This document shows, piece after piece, positions 55,880 through 61,033 of a stretch of DNA of 61,033 nt. The first letter of the stretch is position 1. Every line of letters starts with the position of its first letter. The notes under the pieces are model-generated. The model was not told the DNA's origin. It ran no database searches and saw only the letters and a list, made by a program, of their open reading frames with translations. The position numbers and the translations under genes were made by a program. Source of the stretch: an uncultured Rubrivirga sp. (GTDB lineage Bacteria > Actinomycetota > Actinomycetes > S36-B12); assembly GCA_964634545.1 (NCBI GenBank), contig CAZWIW010000004.1:1-61033 (forward strand). The letters are read 5' to 3'.

Positions 55880-56659
55880 CTAATAAGTACTGTTAATCGC
55901 CTCGGCCGCAGTGCCGCGGGCCGTTGATAGGTCTTGCCGAACGTGTGCGCGTAGCGCCACGACGTCCGCGCTGACCGTCACCATCCCGAAGCCTTGCTCG
56001 ACGCGCTTCGCGCACAGTGCCGCGCTGGCGTGGACGCCGGGCACGACCCCATGACGACGACACCCTGCGACGATCTCCACCATCGCTTCATCGAGCCGGG
56101 GATCGTTGGTGTTCGGCTTGATGCCCAAACTGATCGACAGATCGTTGGGCCCTACGTAGATCGCTTCAATGCCAGGCACGCTGAGGATGTCGTCGATATT
56201 GCGCATCGCTTCGGCTGTCTCGATCATCGGAATAAGGGAGATCTGATCGGCGGCGTAATCGAAGTAGTCATCGCCTTCCACGAGTACCGCGCGAGTGGGT
56301 CCGAAACTGCGCTCACCCTCAGGGGCGTACCGGGTGTACGCGAGAGCCTGCTCGCATGCTGCGCGATCGTTGACCATCGGCACGATTACCGCTCGGGCTC
56401 CAGCATCGAGTGCCTTGCCGATATGGCCGGAATCGTTGGAGGGAACCCGGACGATCGGGGTGGAATCACCGATGGCCAACACCTGCAGCATCGGCAGCAT
56501 CGTGGAGTAGTCCACTGCACCGTGCTGGGTATCGATGGCCACATACTCAAACCCGGCCGCACCCATGATCTCGGCGTTGATAGTGGACGGATTGGACAGC
56601 CATCCACCGAGCGCCAGGTTTCCCTCACGGACGCAATCGAGCCAAGGATTCGGGCGCAT
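55880..56659 (-). CDS. HpcH/HpaI-family class II 2-keto-3-deoxy-acid aldolase
   Basis: GGWLSNPSTINAEIMGAAGFEYVAIDTQHG, VRVPSND, IPMIETAEA and VGPNDLS. I prefer the ATG at 56659. Confidence 0.85.
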   Translation of the reverse strand: MRPNPWLDCVREGNLALGGWLSNPSTINAEIMGAAGFEYVAIDTQHGAVDYSTMLPMLQVLAIGDSTPIVRVPSNDSGHIGKALDAGARAVIVPMVNDRAACEQALAYTRYAPEGERSFGPTRAVLVEGDDYFDYAADQISLIPMIETAEAMRNIDDILSVPGIEAIYVGPNDLSISLGIKPNTNDPRLDEAMVEIVAGCRRHGVVPGVHASAALCAKRVEQGFGMVTVSADVVALRAHVRQDLSTARGTAAEAINSTY

Positions 56660-56746
56660 TGGTTCCTCTCGAGTTGGTGGAGCCCTATCTTTGCATCCAA
56701 CATCCGTCGTCGATGACAGGTGAACCGGCAACGAGGAGGCGACCAC

Positions 56747-57784
56747 GTGGCAAGCGCTCGTCGACCGACTCGAGATGACGTCGCTAAACGCGCTGGGGTG
56801 TCCTCTGCGGTTGTGTCCTACGTCCTGAACGGTGGACCCAAGCCGGTCGGCGAAGACAAACGTCAGCGTGTGTTGGCCGCTGTCGAGGAATTGGGCTACT
56901 ACCCCAATGAGATCGCGCGCAGCCTCGCCGGGCAGGCCACCCGATCCATCGGTGTGATTGCGCCGACGCTGGTCAATCCGGTGTGGGCCAAGCTGACGAT
57001 GGGAATCAGCGATGCGATCTCAGCCCAGGAGTACCTGATGATCGTGTGTGACGTTGAGGATCAGCCTGATCTGGACCAGCGCTACGCGCAGATGATGGTT
57101 GCCAAACAGGTAGACGGCGTCATCTTGGTTCCCACGGCTGACACCCCGAGTACTTTGTCGATCCTGGACCGAGGCGGTATTCCAGCGATTGTCGTCGAGC
57201 AGGACGTTTCCGATGCTGCGTGCGTACTCGTCGACGCAACGGACAGCGGTTACCGCGTGACCGAACACTTGACCGCACTTGGGCATCGCCGTATCGCGAT
57301 CTTGCGAGAACACCGGTCTAGCTTGGACAGCTGGAAGCGGTACCTGGGTTATGAGCAAGCATTGCGAGAGGCTGGCCTCGAGGTCGATCCTGCGTTGGTC
57401 GCCGAAGGTGCAGCGAGCATCGACGGAAGCGTCGTGGAAGGCAGCATTGCTGCGGCTGGCGCGTTGCTCGACGTAGTGCCGCGCCCCACCGCTGTTTTCG
57501 CGCACAACGATCTGATGGCGATCGCCGTGATCCAGGTTGCCCGCCAGCGAGGCTTGCGCGTTCCGGAGGACCTCAGCGTGATCGGCGTGGATGACGCCGA
57601 TGCCGGCCGTTACTGCGATCCGCCGTTGACCACGCTGCCCTTCCCAGCCCGCGAACTCGGCCGGGAGGCGGGGGTGCGCATCCTGGCTGCGATGGGTGGC
57701 GGTGAAGTGGAACGGCTGTCCGTCTTGCCGAGCCCGCCCTTGGTAATCCGTGGCTCGACGGCCCCGCCGCCCGAGGGGCGGTAG
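56747..57784 (+). CDS. LacI-family transcriptional regulator
   Basis: HTH TRDDVAKRAGVSSAVVSYVLNG plus a periplasmic-binding-protein-like sugar-binding core. The GTG at 56747 follows gaggagg with a 7-nt spacer; the track start is 56720. Confidence 0.88.
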   Translation: MASARRPTRDDVAKRAGVSSAVVSYVLNGGPKPVGEDKRQRVLAAVEELGYYPNEIARSLAGQATRSIGVIAPTLVNPVWAKLTMGISDAISAQEYLMIVCDVEDQPDLDQRYAQMMVAKQVDGVILVPTADTPSTLSILDRGGIPAIVVEQDVSDAACVLVDATDSGYRVTEHLTALGHRRIAILREHRSSLDSWKRYLGYEQALREAGLEVDPALVAEGAASIDGSVVEGSIAAAGALLDVVPRPTAVFAHNDLMAIAVIQVARQRGLRVPEDLSVIGVDDADAGRYCDPPLTTLPFPARELGREAGVRILAAMGGGEVERLSVLPSPPLVIRGSTAPPPEGR

Positions 57785-57818
57785 CCGGACACTCCTGCCA
57801 AACGCTGCTGCCGGATCG

Positions 57819-57832
57819 TCTACGCGTGTAGA
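57819..57832. promoter_or_regulatory. Second copy of TCTACGCGTGTAGA, a candidate LacI-family operator (site 2)
   Basis: The exact 14/14 repeat of site 1. It lies 35 nt after the LacI stop and 62 nt upstream of the SDR ATG at 57894. Confidence 0.55.
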
Positions 57833-57893
57833 CAGTTGTTCGTCGGGTCGGTACCTTCCCGTGGAGGGTGCAGTCAGGGATGAGGGGATTGAC

Positions 57894-58700
57894 ATGGATT
57901 TCACAGGTCGCAATGCGCTGGTTACCGGCTCGACCCAGGGAGTGGGTGAGGCACTGCTGAATCGCATGGCCGATGCCGGACTTTCCGGTGCGGTGGTGGT
58001 GGGGCGTAACCCTGAGCGGGGTGCCAGCGTGGTCGCCGACCTCCACGCCAAGGGCTGTGACGCAATTTTCGTCCCCACTGATCTGGAGGATCCGGCGAGT
58101 ATCGAACAACTGCTGGCAACAGCCAAAGCGAAATTCGGTGTCATCCACCATCTCGCGAACTGCGCGGGCATCACCGATCGCGGGGATGTGTGGGACACCT
58201 CCGTCGAACTATTCGACCGGATGATGAACGTCAATCTGCGCTCGGCCTTCCTCACATGTCAGGGGGTCGCCCGCATGGCGCGGGACGCTGGTGTGCCGGC
58301 GTCGATCGTCAATGTTGGGTCGGTGGCGGCCTATGGCGGCGCCCCCTTCATCACCGCGTACTCGATCTCCAAGGGCGCGATGATGACGATGACTCGTTCC
58401 TTGGCCTATCAATTGATGCAGCACCGCATCCGAGTGGTGATGGTGAACCCGGGATGGATGGACACTCCAGGGGAGGACGACACCCAGCGTCGGTATCACA
58501 ACGCTGCGGACGATTGGCTCGCGCGCGTCGAGGAACGGCAGCCGTTCGGCCGGCTCATCAAGCCTGCCGAGATCGCTGAGACGCTCGCGTTCGTCCTGAG
58601 TGACGACGCGGGAATGATGACCGGTGCGGTGATCGACTACGACCAATCCGTGCAAGGCGCTGGTGAGGCGCAGACCGCACCGTCACGAGACGACGATTAG
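57894..58700 (+). CDS. SDR-family oxidoreductase
   Basis: TGSTQGVG, NCAG and YSISK motifs. I prefer the ATG at 57894 over the Arg-rich track extension. Confidence 0.85.
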   Translation: MDFTGRNALVTGSTQGVGEALLNRMADAGLSGAVVVGRNPERGASVVADLHAKGCDAIFVPTDLEDPASIEQLLATAKAKFGVIHHLANCAGITDRGDVWDTSVELFDRMMNVNLRSAFLTCQGVARMARDAGVPASIVNVGSVAAYGGAPFITAYSISKGAMMTMTRSLAYQLMQHRIRVVMVNPGWMDTPGEDDTQRRYHNAADDWLARVEERQPFGRLIKPAEIAETLAFVLSDDAGMMTGAVIDYDQSVQGAGEAQTAPSRDDD

Positions 58701-58723
58701 TCCGGATGCGAGAAGATCATTCA

Positions 58724-59695
58724 ATGAGCACGGATGTGGTCGTCACCTGGCCGGTTTACGACATCAATGGTCCAACTACCGGCGCACTGCTGACTGAGGC
58801 TGGTTTGGGAATCCGGCTGCATCCGCGAACTAGCAATCGCACCGCGGCCGAGCTAGCTGAGATCCTCGGTGATGCGGAGGGCGTCATCGCAAGCACGGAT
58901 CCGTTCGACGCTTCGGTCTTCGCGGCATGCCCGAATCTGAAGGTGATCGCGCGCACCGGAGTGGGTGTGGATGCCATCGATATGCAGGCAGCCACCAACG
59001 CCGGAGTGGTCGTGGCCACCACACCCGGCGCAAACGAGGAAGCGGTAGCCGATCACGCGCTTGCGATGATGCTGGCTTTACAGCGTCGGCTCGCTGAGAA
59101 CGACACCGCGATTCGGGAAGGGCGCTGGGATCGGGCGGGATCCTTGACGCCGAGCGATATGTACGGCGCGACGATCGGGTTGGTCGGATCCGGTGTGATC
59201 GGTCGAGCCGTTATCCGTCGACTCCGAGGTTTCGGAAGCACGGTCTATGTGTACGACCCGTACTTGGACGATGCGCCCGAGGGCACCGAACTAGTCGATC
59301 TACCGACATTGCTTACGCGCAGTGACGTCATCTCCGTCCACGCACCATTAACTGAGAGTACCCGCGGACTGTTGGGTGCCGAGGCGTTCGCCGCGATGAA
59401 GCCGGGTGCTTACGTGGTGAACGTCTCCCGCGGCGGAATCATCGATGAGGACGCACTCGCCCAAGCCATTCGGACCGGCCACCTCGCTGGAGCCGGCATC
59501 GACACCTTCGCCCGCGAACCGATCGGGGATTCCCCGCTGCGTGATTTCCCGACGGTCATCATGAGCCCGCATATCGCTGGCCTTAGTCACCGCTCGATTG
59601 AGGCGATGACGGAAGCGGCCACCCAAGCGGTGCTCGACGTGGTGGCCGGCCGGCTGCCAGTGCACCCGAAGAACCCCGAAGCCCTCCGCCCCTAG
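58724..59695 (+). CDS. D-isomer-specific 2-hydroxyacid dehydrogenase (phosphoglycerate-dehydrogenase-like)
   Basis: NAD motif GLVGSGVIGRAV, then SRGGIIDE and MSPHIAG. Start is ATG 58724 or 58706. Confidence 0.85.
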   Translation: MSTDVVVTWPVYDINGPTTGALLTEAGLGIRLHPRTSNRTAAELAEILGDAEGVIASTDPFDASVFAACPNLKVIARTGVGVDAIDMQAATNAGVVVATTPGANEEAVADHALAMMLALQRRLAENDTAIREGRWDRAGSLTPSDMYGATIGLVGSGVIGRAVIRRLRGFGSTVYVYDPYLDDAPEGTELVDLPTLLTRSDVISVHAPLTESTRGLLGAEAFAAMKPGAYVVNVSRGGIIDEDALAQAIRTGHLAGAGIDTFAREPIGDSPLRDFPTVIMSPHIAGLSHRSIEAMTEAATQAVLDVVAGRLPVHPKNPEALRP

Positions 59696-59720
59696 CCCTC
59701 GAACGGGGTGAGGGAGAGTC

Positions 59721-60479
59721 TCAGACGCGGCGGAAGATGAGCGCGCGCTTGACTTCCTGGATCGCCTTAGTGACCTGGATGCCGCGCGGGCACGCATCGG
59801 TGCAGTTGAAGGTGGTGCGGCAACGCCACACACCTTCCTTGTCGTTGAGCACCTCGAGACGCTGCTCGAAGCCCGAATCGCGACTATCGAAGATGAAGCG
59901 GTGCGCCGCCACCATCGCGGCCGGCCCGAAGTACTGCCCGTCGGTCCAGTAGACCGGGCAGGAGGTGGTGCAGGCCGCGCACAGGATGCACTTGGTGGTG
60001 TCGTCGAAGCGGGCGCGATCCTCGGCGGACTGCAGCCGCTCGCGGGTTGGCTCGTGCCCCTCGGGGATCAAGAACGGCAGCACCTGGCGGTAGGCCGCGA
60101 AGAACGGCTCCATGTCGACGATCATGTCCTTCTCGACCGGCAGACCCTTGATCGGCTCGACGGTGATCGGCTTCTTGATGTCGAGGTCCTTGACCAGCGT
60201 CTTGCAGGCCAGGCGGTTGCGACCGTTGATCCGCATAGCGTCCGAACCGCAGATGCCATGGCCGCAGGAGCGGCGGAAGCTCAAGGTGCCATCGAGTTCG
60301 CCCTTGATCTTCTCCAAGGCGGTGAGCACACGGTCGGTGGGGAAGAGAGCGACGGTGTAGTCCTCCCAGTGAGCATCTTCGTCCACATCGGGCAGGAACC
60401 TGCGGATGCGGAACGTGACGTCCGTTGCGACCGGTACTTCGGTCTCTGGGACGACGGTCTCTTCGACTACGGCTGCCAT
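59721..60479 (-). CDS. sdhB: Succinate dehydrogenase / fumarate reductase iron-sulfur subunit
   Basis: The three Cys clusters are CGHGICGSDAMRINGRNRLAC, CILCAACTTSCP and CRTTFNCTDACP. Confidence 0.93.
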   Translation of the reverse strand: MAAVVEETVVPETEVPVATDVTFRIRRFLPDVDEDAHWEDYTVALFPTDRVLTALEKIKGELDGTLSFRRSCGHGICGSDAMRINGRNRLACKTLVKDLDIKKPITVEPIKGLPVEKDMIVDMEPFFAAYRQVLPFLIPEGHEPTRERLQSAEDRARFDDTTKCILCAACTTSCPVYWTDGQYFGPAAMVAAHRFIFDSRDSGFEQRLEVLNDKEGVWRCRTTFNCTDACPRGIQVTKAIQEVKRALIFRRV

Positions 60480-61033
60480 CAGTACTTGCGCTCCATCGGT
60501 TCGTATCGTGTGGTGACCACGGGCTTGTAATCCAAGCGCACGTACTCCTCACCGCTGATGTCGGTGGACTTGTAGGCCATCGTGTGCCGCATGAAGTTGA
60601 CGTCGTCGCGGTTGGGGTAGTCCTCGCGGGCGTGACCGCCGCGCGATTCCTTGCGCTCCAGGGCACTCACGACCGTGACCTCAGCGAGGTCGAGCAGGAA
60701 GCCGAGCTCGATCGCCTCGATGAGGTCGGTGTTGTAGCGGGTGCCCTTGTCCTGGATCGACACATTCGCGAAGCGGCGCTTGAGCTCTTGAACGTCGCCG
60801 AGCGCTTGCTTGAGAGTCGCTTCGGTGCGGTACACCTGGGCGTTCATGTCCATGGTGTCTTGCATGTCCTTGCGGATGGCCGCCACTCGCTCGCTGCCGG
60901 TGCCACTGCGCAGGCGCTCCACGAGGGCGATGGTCGCGCCCTGGGGGTCGGCTGGCAGTTCCACGTGCTCGATGGAGTTCGCGTATTCGGCGGCGGCGAT
61001 ACCAGCGCGGCGACCGAAGACGTTGATGTCCAG
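60479..61033 (-). CDS. sdhA: Succinate dehydrogenase flavoprotein subunit, C-terminal part only (the 5' end lies beyond the window)
   Basis: ...DINVFGRRAGIAAAEY..., ERKESRGGHAREDYP and the terminal RYEPMERKY. The frame stays open to the window edge. ATGA overlap with sdhB. Confidence 0.9.
   Translation of the reverse strand: MDINVFGRRAGIAAAEYANSIEHVELPADPQGATIALVERLRSGTGSERVAAIRKDMQDTMDMNAQVYRTEATLKQALGDVQELKRRFANVSIQDKGTRYNTDLIEAIELGFLLDLAEVTVVSALERKESRGGHAREDYPNRDDVNFMRHTMAYKSTDISGEEYVRLDYKPVVTTRYEPMERKY

Noticed and set aside
1-61033. Search for mobile genetic elements, prophage, toxin-antitoxin or defence-system genes
   Set aside because: I recognised no transposase, integrase, recombinase, phage structural, restriction-modification, Cas or toxin-antitoxin signatures in any frame. 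The only mobile-like feature is the non-coding dispersed repeat.

Overview
This is a visibly high-GC, densely packed chromosomal segment, judged by eye and not computed. Its gene content and synteny (guaA, pcrA, sucCD, a PerM-like membrane protein, purNH, trpS, icd-mdh, folD, sdhAB) are typical of Actinomycetota (class Actinomycetes). I found about 57 protein-coding genes. I recognised no rRNA, tRNA, CRISPR array, transposase, integrase or prophage gene. Most of the window is core metabolism: purine synthesis, TCA cycle, malic enzyme and cell-wall enzymes.

Three regions look accessory:
1. 0-9.6 kb: an aldehyde dehydrogenase and a GMC oxidoreductase, two tandem GAF-ANTAR RNA-binding regulators, an OmpR-type regulator without a phospho-acceptor Asp, and a form II (AYRGAGR) coxSLM-like molybdoenzyme.
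2. 35.7-43.1 kb: a GntR/VOC pair divergent from a fused E1 alpha-beta plus E2 2-oxoacid/acetoin-dehydrogenase-like pair with no E3, followed by a transporter, an XRE-cupin regulator and a BudC-like reductase.
3. 43.1-59.7 kb: a mosaic carbohydrate/cyclitol island. It holds iolD and iolE but no other canonical iol genes. Alongside them are a lactonase, an HpcH aldolase, SDRs, an ALDH, an unusual M24 hydrolase, a CUT2 ABC importer and a LacI regulator.

Structure not explained by the genes:
- A 14-bp LacI-type palindrome is present twice.
- TTGGATCCAA-type operators lie in the GntR divergent region.
- A nested-palindrome dispersed repeat sits at 12.0-12.2 kb, with a truncated copy at the window start.
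- A 3 x 24-nt tandem repeat has a substitution pattern that argues it is translated as an N-terminal extension of a CD225 protein.
- A 3 x 22-bp direct repeat lies between convergent genes.
- A perfect 16-bp palindrome lies upstream of mdh.

No single obviously new defence or mobile system is visible. The most promising novelty is the non-canonical iolD/iolE island and its regulon. All functional calls are motif- and architecture-based, made by eye without database searches.
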